A DNA stretch of 64,000 nt, taken from Promethearchaeota archaeon (GTDB taxonomy: Archaea > Asgardarchaeota > Lokiarchaeia > Sigyniarchaeales > SOKP01). The position numbers and the translations under genes were made by a program. The notes below the pieces were generated by a model, which saw nothing but the letters and a program-made list of their open reading frames with translations, had not been told where the DNA came from and did no database searches. Location of the stretch: contig JALGVJ010000007.1 in assembly GCA_029838195.1 (NCBI GenBank), positions 79,260 to 143,259 on the forward strand, in the 5' to 3' direction. This document shows positions 9,868 to 20,517 of this stretch, piece by piece. Position 1 is the first letter of the stretch. The number at the start of each line of letters is the position of its first letter.

Positions 9868-12800
9868 TTATAAAGGAACATGTAATCGCGCTTTAATTTT
9901 CACGGGTCCTATTAGCCCAGAAGGCATTAAGTTTTTTTTCTTGTGTTGTTTCCAATCTTTTCCACCTTTCTTGCCATATCCCGTAAGCCTATTTCGCAAG
10001 GTGGGTGTTATTTCAATTTTTATTATATTTTTACCTATTTTAATAGCTTTTGTTATATCTACTTCATATGGATACACTAATAATGTTTCCACTTCTTTTT
10101 CATTGATGATAATTCTTGCGACATCATGAACTTGATTAATGGATAAATAGACATGATAGTTGGCTTTAAAATAGGCTTCGGATAAATTAAAACTCGTGGT
10201 ATAAATTCCCTTACCGGAGCAATATTTTACTTGCTCAATCTCACGCCAATCTATCAGCGAATTCAATTCGAGCTCGACGAGAGTGAAACTTCCATCCAAG
10301 TTTCTTCGATTTACGGATAAATGCCAATTTTTAAGTTCTATCGGAGGAGGCATGTCCTCTTTTATTTCAATTTTTTTCATTGAGCCATCGCTTAATTTAA
10401 TTTCGTGCATGCTAGCTTTTTCAATGATTCCATATAATTGATCATTTTCTCGAATAAGGTCAATGGGGCTTTGAACGGCATGAATGTATTCTTCTATTCT
10501 TTTAAATTTAATTAAAAATGAACCGTAGGGAGGAAAATGCAAAGCCATTAAAACACCTAATTCTTTAGTATCGTACTGGGCAGCTTTAGAAATATCTCCC
10601 GTCCAAGGATTAAGTATAAAAGGAATTTTCTCTTGTCTTGTAAATAAGGTTGATAATCTTAAAGATTTATTAGTAGAATTTCTCAGGAAATAATAATCCG
10701 CATCATCAGTTACTTTATGAATGAATTGTATTGAATTTTGAGAAGGTTCATATACGATCTGGGGAATTATATTCAATTGTTTAGTTAAATAATCAGAAAT
10801 CTTGATAGTATTCTTGATTAATTGAACGTTGGGAAGTTTAACTAATTCATCCATTAGAGAGGAGATCTTTGCATCGTTTTCCTTATGATTTAAGAAGCCT
10901 GGCTGTCGTGAGGGAAGAGCCTCTAAAAATAAAAGGTTTATTCCCTTATCGGCAATTTCTTCTAATTTTTTGGCTAATTCAAGGGAAATAGACTTAATAT
11001 TTGGAAGGATGAGGACTTTAACGGTAGTAGCTCCGATTTTTAAGAATTCATTCTCAATTTTCGCATTTAATAGGCTTTCTTCATTTACGTGAAAATAATA
11101 ATAGCCATTAAAAACCAGATCGTCTCCAAGCTCTTGTAATGAATGCGTCCACTTTTCCTCAGTATCCCATTTCTCTTTTTTTTTAGGATATGCATCGATC
11201 TGATTCTTGGCTTTTAGAGCATCGTTCTCATCTAAATATCCCCCAACTAATTCTTCATTTTTTAAAACGGTATCCGGGTAATTCCGGATTGAATAATAAA
11301 TGGCTACATCACAAACCGTTTTTCCTCGCTGCATTACTAATTGACAGCGAGTAATGTATTGATTCATGGCTGGAAAAAATTCCCAGAAGGGATTCATTCT
11401 ACTGAAATTAGAAGAAAAAGTCATTAATTTCGGAACATGCGGCGTGGAAAATGCGCAATACCCCGGGTATGGAAATGAAGGATGTTGATAAGGGAATCCA
11501 TGATAGATCATCTGATTAATTCCGGCAATAAAAAGCCTATCTGCCCCAACTTTCCATTTTAATGGCGTGGTCATATAATCCCGCTGATTCCACACGAGCG
11601 ATTCGGCCGAGACAATGGGAGATTCATGAATGATCCCCGCCGAACCCGCGAGTTTTAGAAAATCGATGACACCTCCCCCATAAAGCTGTTCGGTTTCTGG
11701 AATGTGTGCTCTTCCGTAAGCTTTAAGAGTGTCTGCTCGAATTCCGTAGGCTTGAATTCTACTTTTCACGTTATTTTTATCTGCCCATTGTTTTATGATT
11801 TCCAAAAATTCTTCGGTGAAAAGATCCGATATCGTGAGTTCATAATCATATCTAATGCGCTTCCCTATATCCGTATCTTTGAAATCAAAAGCTGGAGGGG
11901 AGATTCCAAAAAACACGTGAAGATATTTGTTATCTCTATTAGGAACGAAACAAAGGGGTAAAAAGGGCGTTAAATCATAGCCTCTTCTCTTATAAAATTG
12001 CTCTAGAAAGTCATCTGACCATAACCAATCAGAACTTAATTCTAAACTGTCAGTAAAGAAAGCTCTCAAAGTTTTTCCAAAATATTTTCCATAATACTTT
12101 TTACCAATTCCAAAATGAGCCTCTAAATGATATTTAATAGCTTCCGCAGAGAGATGGTCCAATACCAGACTGTCTCCTTCAGATGAGGAACGACAATCTC
12201 CTAAAGGTTTAGTTCCGGAAGGCCCCTTATAAAAAGCAAAAACTTGCCATCTGCCTTCAGGAACTTCCCATTCAAAAAATCCCTCCTCATCTACTAATTT
12301 AGTTAGATTAATTAATGAATCTTTCTTTAAGTAAGCGGTTTTTACATTTCTATATTTTATCTTCCCCCTCTTTCCCACCGGTTGAGCAGCCATTAATGCT
12401 TCCAATTTCATATCGTTTTTAAAGAACTCTGCCACTTTAGTGCCTACAAGGATTTTGAAGAGAGGTTGGAGCTTATAAAATAAGGGTTTTTTAAATTTTG
12501 GAATCTTGCCTCTATAGAGTTTAGGCCCCTTGATTGTTTTTTCTCCCACGAGTAAGACTTTTAATGATTTCTCTTTCGTAATATGAGTGCCCCCGGCTGG
12601 CCAAGAAGAGCCAATTGTTAAATCTATTACCATTTCCCTTTTTGATGCCTCTTCGAGTAAAGCTTTAATCATTTCATGGTAATAAGGTTGCATGAATCTA
12701 TGTGTTCGCTTGAGCCTTTCCTCATCCATTTTTTTTGGAGAGCCAATTAAAAAAGCTTGAATTTCTGCTCCATAAAAACCTGCCTCATCGAGTTCTCGTA

Positions 12801-12924
12801 ATTCTCTTAAAAGTTCTTCTTTATCCACATCTAAGCCTGGCCACCACCACCGAACCATGGGGCGGGCAGATTTCGGGGGATTTTTAAATTCCTCGGGGTC
12901 GATGGTTGTTTTCATTAATGTCAT
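9868..12924 (-). CDS. GH106-like glycoside hydrolase (alpha-L-rhamnosidase-type)
   Basis: RPMVRWWW, GSSWPAGG, FFTDSLE, PETE and GINQMIYHG motifs; C-terminal SGLIGPV. Confidence 0.85.
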   Translation of the reverse strand: MTLMKTTIDPEEFKNPPKSARPMVRWWWPGLDVDKEELLRELRELDEAGFYGAEIQAFLIGSPKKMDEERLKRTHRFMQPYYHEMIKALLEEASKREMVIDLTIGSSWPAGGTHITKEKSLKVLLVGEKTIKGPKLYRGKIPKFKKPLFYKLQPLFKILVGTKVAEFFKNDMKLEALMAAQPVGKRGKIKYRNVKTAYLKKDSLINLTKLVDEEGFFEWEVPEGRWQVFAFYKGPSGTKPLGDCRSSSEGDSLVLDHLSAEAIKYHLEAHFGIGKKYYGKYFGKTLRAFFTDSLELSSDWLWSDDFLEQFYKRRGYDLTPFLPLCFVPNRDNKYLHVFFGISPPAFDFKDTDIGKRIRYDYELTISDLFTEEFLEIIKQWADKNNVKSRIQAYGIRADTLKAYGRAHIPETEQLYGGGVIDFLKLAGSAGIIHESPIVSAESLVWNQRDYMTTPLKWKVGADRLFIAGINQMIYHGFPYQHPSFPYPGYCAFSTPHVPKLMTFSSNFSRMNPFWEFFPAMNQYITRCQLVMQRGKTVCDVAIYYSIRNYPDTVLKNEELVGGYLDENDALKAKNQIDAYPKKKEKWDTEEKWTHSLQELGDDLVFNGYYYFHVNEESLLNAKIENEFLKIGATTVKVLILPNIKSISLELAKKLEEIADKGINLLFLEALPSRQPGFLNHKENDAKISSLMDELVKLPNVQLIKNTIKISDYLTKQLNIIPQIVYEPSQNSIQFIHKVTDDADYYFLRNSTNKSLRLSTLFTRQEKIPFILNPWTGDISKAAQYDTKELGVLMALHFPPYGSFLIKFKRIEEYIHAVQSPIDLIRENDQLYGIIEKASMHEIKLSDGSMKKIEIKEDMPPPIELKNWHLSVNRRNLDGSFTLVELELNSLIDWREIEQVKYCSGKGIYTTSFNLSEAYFKANYHVYLSINQVHDVARIIINEKEVETLLVYPYEVDITKAIKIGKNIIKIEITPTLRNRLTGYGKKGGKDWKQHKKKNLMPSGLIGPVKIKARLHVPL

Positions 12925-13185
12925 GATATTTTCTTATTATATTTTTATAAGAATTGTTATATTAAGTAATGAAATGTTAAAATAATATATAAACCTTAAT
13001 GCATTATATTTCATGCAATTATTACTTTTTATTTAAAAAATATTTAAGTTTAAATGGTTAATTTAAATTTTTCTCATTTATGTTCCGAGCTTGTAAATTA
13101 ATAGGGTACAATCTAAGTCAAGAAGAATGGGATCTTATCCAAATTAAATACACGATAAAAGAGAATTAGAAAAAAGAGATTTTTT

Positions 13186-14157
13186 TCAAGCTTCTGTTTT
13201 ATAAAACGGAGATTTACTTAATAACATCCGTTTTGCTATAGGTCTTACGATTAAAGGAAATAAACGATTCATAAAACGAGAAAATTCTACTTTTTTTTTA
13301 ACTTCCTCAAAATAATCTTCGAGTGTATATCTTTGATATTGGAGTAATTCTTGGCTCTTTTGGGTATCCATGAACCCACAATGGAATTCTTCATTGCTAA
13401 ATGCTTCTTGAGGTAAGAGATCTCCTCCCAAGCCGAAGAGATCTAGCATTTTATGAATATAATCCCTGTAAATAATGCGACATTTAGGTCCTCCGGCAAT
13501 ATTGAGAATATTTCCCCATACCTCCGGTTTTTCAACGGCATTAGCAATGGCATATCCCACATCTCTGGTATGGCAAATTTCTATGCATGTTTCTAAGGGC
13601 ATGTGGAACATTAATGGATCCAGAGCAAGTTTCTCCATGGAAACAATGTAAGTTAATCGCAAAATTAACCACTCCAGAGAAGAATTTTGGATTAATTGTT
13701 CGCATTGAACTTTTTGATGGGCGTAAGGATCATCTTTATTTGGATTTATGGGATCCGTGGTTTTAATGAGGGGTGATTCACGCCTATCCCCATAAACAGC
13801 AATAGATGAGGTGAAAATTAATTTCGGTTTTTTCTTTTGACATTCCATGGCTTTTATCACGTTTTTCGTGCCTCCTACATTTACTTCTTCTGCTAAGGTA
13901 GGATTTTGATCTGCCAAAGGAGGAATAATTGCTCCCACATGAATAACTATATCAACATTGCTAACAGCTTTTTGAACTTCCGAATAATTTCTTAAATCTC
14001 CCCAGATTAATTCAATTTTATTCTCATATTTCTTAGCTATTTTTAAATTTTTGTCATTTTTTAATTCAAAAATTTTTATATCATGACCTCTCTCGATTAA
14101 TTCTTCCAAAGTGCTCAAACCAACATTGCCAAATGCTCCTGTTAAAAGTATCTTCAT
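13186..14157 (-). CDS. NAD-dependent epimerase/dehydratase (extended SDR)
   Basis: TGAFGNVG Rossmann motif, SS and YxxxK catalytic motif. Confidence 0.9.
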   Translation of the reverse strand: MKILLTGAFGNVGLSTLEELIERGHDIKIFELKNDKNLKIAKKYENKIELIWGDLRNYSEVQKAVSNVDIVIHVGAIIPPLADQNPTLAEEVNVGGTKNVIKAMECQKKKPKLIFTSSIAVYGDRRESPLIKTTDPINPNKDDPYAHQKVQCEQLIQNSSLEWLILRLTYIVSMEKLALDPLMFHMPLETCIEICHTRDVGYAIANAVEKPEVWGNILNIAGGPKCRIIYRDYIHKMLDLFGLGGDLLPQEAFSNEEFHCGFMDTQKSQELLQYQRYTLEDYFEEVKKKVEFSRFMNRLFPLIVRPIAKRMLLSKSPFYKTEA

Positions 14158-14341
14158 TTACTTAATACCTCCAATAAAAATCAAGCTTCTGAACGAATTT
14201 ATTCGTGTTAAATCAAAAAATATTTTTTATTAAAAAAATATAATAATTTTAATAATATGAAAATATAGGTTGCCATTGCAACTTCTTTAAATAATAAATA
14301 AAATAAATTTATAAATTCAAATTTTAAAGAGTATTGATCTA

Positions 14342-15055
14342 ATGAAAGCTATTCGCTTACAATTACCGGGAAATTTTTTGAAATATCTTGGTTTCCATGA
14401 TATTTTTCAGGATATTGAATGGATAGAAATTTTACAAGCATTTCAATATGATTCAACTCATTTATTTTCGATCCAACGAATGAAATTCATGCATTCTATC
14501 AATGACCCGTTGGACGTGTTTATTCAAACTAAGTTCAATCCAAAATTTTATCAAGTTTTAAATGTCATGGAGGACGAAATGACTTGCATCCTTAATCAAA
14601 CTCGCTCTTCTGGGTTTTTTCCCATAATAGAATCGGGACCATGGGCGTTTCGTTTTCCTATTCATGTTTCTAAAGAAAAAATCCTCTTGAGCATGATTGT
14701 ACAAGAAGAATATCTCCCTAAATTGTATGAAATTTTAATGTCTTTCACGAACACTTATGAAATTCTTGCCAGCACGGATTTAGATAAAATTGAAGATATT
14801 AAAGATTTTTTTGGAGCTTATTTTTTACCTTTTCCAAATTTCACGAGAAGACAACGGGAATTAGCTACTTATGCTGCTGAGAAAGGGTATTTTCAATCAC
14901 CAAAGAAAATAAGTGCGAAAGATATAGCTAAAAAATTTAACATTTCCGTTACAGCAGTAAATAAACACATGAACAACATTAAAAACATCGCAATGGAATA
15001 TTTTTTTGGAAAACCTGAAAGATATATGACAAGAAGGAGAAATACTGAATTGTAA
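14342..15055 (+). CDS. Bat-type (HTH_10) transcriptional regulator
   Basis: C-terminal TRRQRELATYAAEKGYFQSPKKISAKDIAKKFNIS helix-turn-helix; divergent from the SDR gene. Confidence 0.8.
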   Translation: MKAIRLQLPGNFLKYLGFHDIFQDIEWIEILQAFQYDSTHLFSIQRMKFMHSINDPLDVFIQTKFNPKFYQVLNVMEDEMTCILNQTRSSGFFPIIESGPWAFRFPIHVSKEKILLSMIVQEEYLPKLYEILMSFTNTYEILASTDLDKIEDIKDFFGAYFLPFPNFTRRQRELATYAAEKGYFQSPKKISAKDIAKKFNISVTAVNKHMNNIKNIAMEYFFGKPERYMTRRRNTEL

Positions 15056-15353
15056 AGCAAATAGGTATCTTTTGGTCTTCAAAGTAATTTTTAAACGCAT
15101 TTTTAATTATAGAGTTACATCAAAATGGTGTGATTTTCGGAGAGTGTGAGTTTGCTCGATAACCCTTTCAATATTTTGGAAAAAAGATTGCTTCTATTAA
15201 AAAAATAATCATCAATTTCATGAGTATCTCATTTTTCTTGAATTTTTTTCAAAAAAAATATAAAGGTGTACAGAAATTGTTTATTTAAGAAACATTGATT
15301 ATTATAATTGTGAATAATAATAATAATAATTTATACAAGGAATAAGGAATATC

Positions 15354-17492
15354 ATGAAATCTTTGCTACACGATTCACTCCTTTCTCAATATGGAGAAAT
15401 TATTATTTCTACGATTTTAAATGAAATTTCGGATTTAATTGCAGTATTAAATGAAGCTTTCATCATTGAATACATTAATGAGGGCCCTCATTTCCATTTA
15501 TTAGGATATTCAAGTGAGGATTTAGTTGGTACTTCGATTCTTAACTTGTTTAGGAAAAAAGAGAGAGAAAAAGCAAAAAGAGGATTAACTACCATTCTTG
15601 AGAGAGGTGTATATAAAAATGCAGCCAAGGTTATAACGAAAGAACAAAAAATAGCAACGTTAGAATTCATTGGTAAAAAGTTTAAATCAAATACAGGAGA
15701 AATAAAAATTATATTAATTTCGAATAAGCTAGATAAAAAGAGTTTTCTTTCGAGATTATCGAATTCCACCAAGAGGTTACAAGAATTTAATGAATCGCTT
15801 TCAGAAATCCGGTTTTGGAAATTACTTGCGCCTGAAGCATATAGTGAGGCATTGGAGAAATCCTATGAGATCTTTCAATTCATTTTGGATAATATTCCTT
15901 TGCAAGTATGTTGGAAAGATTTAAATTTAGTTTATTTAGGATGTAATAAAAAATTCGCAGAATATTTAGGATTTGAAGATTCCCTTCGGATAATCGGAAA
16001 GACTGATCAGGAACTAAGTTGGAATGTAAAAAATAAGATTCAATTTCACGATAAAGAACAGAGAGTTATTGAATTAGATCAAGCCTTGTATCACGATATT
16101 CAAGAATTTGAAGATTTGGTCGGAAACAAGAGCTGGTTTGAAATCAATCGGATTCCCTTACACGACCATCAGGGTAAGGTCAATGCTATTTTAATTACAC
16201 ATGAGAATATTACAGACAGAATTAAAGCGGAAAAAGAAAAACAATTAGCAGAACAAAAGTTAAAAGAATCCGAGGTTAAATATCGGCATCTATTCAACCA
16301 TTCTCCTGATGCTATTTGGTTAATAGATACTGATGGCTTCATTCTTGATTGTAATGAAACGACGAATAAATTTTTATCAGTATATAAAAGAGAAGATTTA
16401 ATCGGAAAGAATTTTAAAGAAATAATAACCATGTTTCTCAGGTATGGAGACCCTCGTTTTAAAGAACTTGGTTCCATTTTTGAGAAGCGATTCCAAAAGC
16501 TAATTGAAGGAGAAATGCTTAATCCATACGAATTTCAAGTAGCTCGTGTGGATGGAAAGGAATTTTGGCTCACGTTAGAATCAACACGGGTCAATGTGGG
16601 AGGCAAAAATTTAATCCAAGTAATAATTCGAGATATCACGCAACAGAAAACAGCAGAATTAAAATTAAAAGAGTCAGAACGTCAATTAAGAATTTTAAAT
16701 AGAGAACTGGAGAAAAAAGTACAAGAAAGAACAAAAAAATTAAAACAATCCGAGAAAAAACTACGAGAACAAAATATTGAATTAATGAAATTAGATAAGT
16801 TAAAAAATGAATTCATTAATACCACATCGCATGAATTAAAAACGCCGTTAGTATCGATAGCCGGGTTTACTGATTACATCTTACTGAAATATAAGGATTT
16901 AAATCCGGAGATTAGAGAAGATTTAGAAATCGTGAAAAAAAATGTTAATAGGCTGAAGTTTTTAATTGAACAATTATCGGATGCTTTAAAAATCGACTCG
17001 AAGAAATTAAAGCATGATATTAAATTAAAGAAAGAAAACATGCGGGATATCATAGATAATTGCGTTTCGGACTTAAAATTTTTAATGGAAAATAAAAATC
17101 TTGTCATGGATGTAAATGTTAGAGAAAATCTTGTTTTAACAGTGGATAAAAATCGAATGATTCAAGTATTTATTAATTTATTATCTAATGCAATTAAATT
17201 TACCCCCAACGACGGATATATTACCATAATTGCGGAAGAGCAAGGAGATTATTATTTATTTAAAGTAAAGGATTCCGGAATTGGATTAAATGCGGAAGAT
17301 ATTCCCAAATTATTTGGAAAATTTGTTAAATTGAATTTTAATGAGGAAAATTATTCGAATGGCACGGGATTAGGGCTCTATATCACGAAAGGGATAATAG
17401 AAGCTCATGGAGGGAAAATCTGGGCTCTTTCAGAAGGTAAGGATAAAGGAGCGGAATTCTGTTTCACGCTCCCTAAAAACAATAATGTTTAA
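15354..17492 (+). CDS. cytoplasmic multi-PAS sensor histidine kinase
   Basis: Three PAS-like domains, H-box SHELKTPL, N-box NLLSNAIKFT, DSGIG and GTGLGL. Confidence 0.93.
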   Translation: MKSLLHDSLLSQYGEIIISTILNEISDLIAVLNEAFIIEYINEGPHFHLLGYSSEDLVGTSILNLFRKKEREKAKRGLTTILERGVYKNAAKVITKEQKIATLEFIGKKFKSNTGEIKIILISNKLDKKSFLSRLSNSTKRLQEFNESLSEIRFWKLLAPEAYSEALEKSYEIFQFILDNIPLQVCWKDLNLVYLGCNKKFAEYLGFEDSLRIIGKTDQELSWNVKNKIQFHDKEQRVIELDQALYHDIQEFEDLVGNKSWFEINRIPLHDHQGKVNAILITHENITDRIKAEKEKQLAEQKLKESEVKYRHLFNHSPDAIWLIDTDGFILDCNETTNKFLSVYKREDLIGKNFKEIITMFLRYGDPRFKELGSIFEKRFQKLIEGEMLNPYEFQVARVDGKEFWLTLESTRVNVGGKNLIQVIIRDITQQKTAELKLKESERQLRILNRELEKKVQERTKKLKQSEKKLREQNIELMKLDKLKNEFINTTSHELKTPLVSIAGFTDYILLKYKDLNPEIREDLEIVKKNVNRLKFLIEQLSDALKIDSKKLKHDIKLKKENMRDIIDNCVSDLKFLMENKNLVMDVNVRENLVLTVDKNRMIQVFINLLSNAIKFTPNDGYITIIAEEQGDYYLFKVKDSGIGLNAEDIPKLFGKFVKLNFNEENYSNGTGLGLYITKGIIEAHGGKIWALSEGKDKGAEFCFTLPKNNNV

Positions 17493-17692
17493 CTCAATTA
17501 ATAAGAGAGGAAAAAGAAAGAAAAGAATTTTTAAACAAATTCTTTTTAATAACATTAAATTAAAAAAAATCGGTATTTCCTGCTCTTGAATCAGAATTGG
17601 ATATAAAAATTCAATAAAGAGCAAGGCATTTTATAGTATAAAGCAACTCTAATATTAAAAAATTAAAAAACATGACACTATTTTAAATTCCG

Positions 17693-19888
17693 ATGCCCAC
17701 CCTCATTGTTGCTGAAAAAAATAAAGCAGCGTTAGCAATTGCGGAAGCTCTTGGTACAATTGAAACCATTAAAAAATCACGAACTCTAAAAATATATCAT
17801 GTTAAATCAAGGGATTTATATGTAATCCCTTTACGAGGGCACCTTTTGGAATATAAAAACGTGGGAAAATATAAGAGTTGGAATAAAACTCCGCCAAGAG
17901 ATATTATTACAGACCCGAATTCTATAAAAAAAGTCCCAAAAAAAACCGCTTATCCTTATATAAAAGCATTGGAAGAGCATGCAAAGATTTGCGACCATTG
18001 TATTATCGGAACAGATGCTGATATAGAAGGTGTTAATATTGGCTTGTTTGATGCCTTTCCTTATATTCAAAAATCAAATCCTTCCATTCATGTCTCTCAG
18101 CTTTGGCTAAGTTCATTACAAAAACATGAGATCTTAAAAAAAATTCAAAATTTAATTCCTCCTAAATGGAATTGGGGTGAAATGGGAGAAGCCAGAGCCA
18201 TCATTGATGCTATTATTGGATTTTCAGCAACAAGACAAATTACTGCCATGTTAAAACCCTTATTACATCAATATAATGTTTTTTTCATAAGTATCGGTAG
18301 AGTTCAAACATCGTTATTATTTTTAATATATTTAAGAGAGCAACAGATTAATGCTTTTACTCCGGAACCCTATTTTACGATAGATGCCATTTTAAATATT
18401 GATTCTCATCGGGTAAAAGTTCATCATAAATCCAATCCTTTTAAATCACCTCAAAAGCAATTAGCTGAAACTATTTATCAAACTATTAAAGATGCTACTA
18501 ATGCTAAATTTTTAAATAAAAAAGAGGAGCAAAAAGTCATTAAACCTCCGACTCCTCTAAACACTTCTAAAGCCCTCATATTACTTACCCAACAACTCAA
18601 AATACGAGCAGATTTGGCCTTGAAAACCCTAAATTCACTATACTTGAAAAAGATAATCACGTATCCCAGAACGGATAGCGATGTATATAAAGCGGATTTT
18701 GATCACGTGCAATATCTCAAGAATTTTATGCCCCATTCCACTTATGGAACCTTTGCTTCTAATTTAATAAAAAAGAATCGATTCATGCCTACTAAGGGCA
18801 AAATTGATGCCGGAGATCATCCCCCCATTACCCCTTTACTCTCGTTAGAAAATACAAGCAAGCATTTCCAAAACGATTTAGAGCGAAAAATTTATGATTT
18901 AATTGCTCGCTATTATTTAGCTCTTTTTGGAGAAGATGCGATTGAATTGAACGAAACTTTGAAGGTTTTAATTAAAGAGGAACCTTTTGAAGGAAGGATT
19001 AACGTGCTCTTACGTGAAGGATTTTTAGAAATCGCTCCCTTTTTAAAGAAAAAATTTGACCCTCCCATCCCAATTCATGATTCTCTCTTGCCCATTCACG
19101 AGATTTCTTTAAATGAGCGTTCTACACGCCCTCCACCACGATATTCCGATGCTTCTCTTTTAAAACTCATGGAACAAAATAATTTAGGAACTAAAGCGAC
19201 ACGCCCCCTCATGATTGAAATTCTATTGAAACGCAAGCTCATTTACCGTGAAAAAAAAAGATATTTCATAACAGAATTAGGTCTATTTTTAATAAGTAAT
19301 TTAGAACAAGTCTGGAAACCATTTCTTGAACCGACCTTCACCAGTTATATTGAAGCGCAGCTGGAAAAAATCAAAAATGGAACCATGACAATGCAAGAAT
19401 GTATAAAGGTCATGAAAAAAACCTTCTTAGATTTATTTGATGCACTTCTTAATAATCAAGATAAATTATTCTCCAATAGAGCATCTCTAAAAAATTATCA
19501 AATTTCCTCTCAAAAACAATCTCTACCCCCTAAAAACCAAAAACACCTCAATATCACGTGTCCCTATTGTAAAAAAAATGGCATGACATTAATTCTCACG
19601 AAGAAAAAGAAAAGATTCCTTCGATGCCTAAATGATGAGTGTAAAAAAACTATCGTGGTGCCCCAACACGGTAAACTCACTTTTTTAAAAACATCATGTA
19701 AACACTGCGGGTTTGTTGTAATTAAAGTAAGTAGAAGGAAGAAAAATCATCATTACTCATATTATCTCTGTCCATTCTGCTGGAATGAAGGTTTAAAAGA
19801 AACGGGAAAAAATACAAAAAAGGGATTCTGTTCTAATTGCAAAGAATTTAAGATCTCAAAAGATCACTGCGTGGAGCAAGAAAAATAA
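17693..19888 (+). CDS. topA: type IA DNA topoisomerase (Topo III-like) with C-terminal Zn fingers
   Basis: Toprim AEK and DxDxEG motifs, GRVQT, catalytic ITYPRTDS, HPPITP, GTKATR; Cys-rich tail. Confidence 0.93.
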   Translation: MPTLIVAEKNKAALAIAEALGTIETIKKSRTLKIYHVKSRDLYVIPLRGHLLEYKNVGKYKSWNKTPPRDIITDPNSIKKVPKKTAYPYIKALEEHAKICDHCIIGTDADIEGVNIGLFDAFPYIQKSNPSIHVSQLWLSSLQKHEILKKIQNLIPPKWNWGEMGEARAIIDAIIGFSATRQITAMLKPLLHQYNVFFISIGRVQTSLLFLIYLREQQINAFTPEPYFTIDAILNIDSHRVKVHHKSNPFKSPQKQLAETIYQTIKDATNAKFLNKKEEQKVIKPPTPLNTSKALILLTQQLKIRADLALKTLNSLYLKKIITYPRTDSDVYKADFDHVQYLKNFMPHSTYGTFASNLIKKNRFMPTKGKIDAGDHPPITPLLSLENTSKHFQNDLERKIYDLIARYYLALFGEDAIELNETLKVLIKEEPFEGRINVLLREGFLEIAPFLKKKFDPPIPIHDSLLPIHEISLNERSTRPPPRYSDASLLKLMEQNNLGTKATRPLMIEILLKRKLIYREKKRYFITELGLFLISNLEQVWKPFLEPTFTSYIEAQLEKIKNGTMTMQECIKVMKKTFLDLFDALLNNQDKLFSNRASLKNYQISSQKQSLPPKNQKHLNITCPYCKKNGMTLILTKKKKRFLRCLNDECKKTIVVPQHGKLTFLKTSCKHCGFVVIKVSRRKKNHHYSYYLCPFCWNEGLKETGKNTKKGFCSNCKEFKISKDHCVEQEK

Positions 19889-19900
19889 AAATATCACGTG

Positions 19901-20156
19901 TTATTTTAATCGAAAGCGATATTTATTATTGGTTGCTCTCGATAATCCAATATGATTGTCCGATATCTTATAATGCATTTCGCCTCCAATTATTTTTTTT
20001 TTCCCACGTAAGCATTAGTTATATTATGATTTAACGAGTGTAACATTGTCCCTAACGTAATAGGGTCTAAATAGTTTCTCTCTCCTTTTCTTTTAGCAAT
20101 TCTCACTAATTCTGTTTCTGAATACCACGCCCCGTCCAATAATGCAAAATTTAAAT
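19901..20156 (-). pseudogene. 5'-truncated, frameshifted copy of the 3' part of the gene at 31356..31709
   Basis: Aligns with 31356..~31609 in the same orientation. It has a +2 nt shift in the T/C run near 19993-20005 and lacks the first ~33 codons. Confidence 0.9.
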
Positions 20157-20517
20157 TGATATGCAAGTCGATGGAGGAAATCACGTGAAATTCTTGAAAT
20201 AAATTGGTACTATCAGATTTTTAAAATCTGTTAATAAAGGAAAATCGAACCGGCGAATATATTCTCCTTAGAATAACTCAATAACCAAATAACATGTTCA
20301 TTTTTTCGAATAATCAAACTTCTATTTATTATCAAATAGCTCTAGCTCAATAAATATATCGAAGCATTTTCAGCCTAGCTGTTAATATATAATACTAGAA
20401 AGAAGTTATAATATCAAATTAAAAAAATTTTATCTCAATCTTATTTAATTTTTCAATATTCATTTAATAAATTTAAATTATTAATTGTTAAAAAATCAAG
20501 AAAAACGAGGATAATTA

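Noticed and set aside
19990-20184. 64-aa ORF as an independent gene
   Set aside because: It is part of the frameshifted duplicate of 31356..31709.
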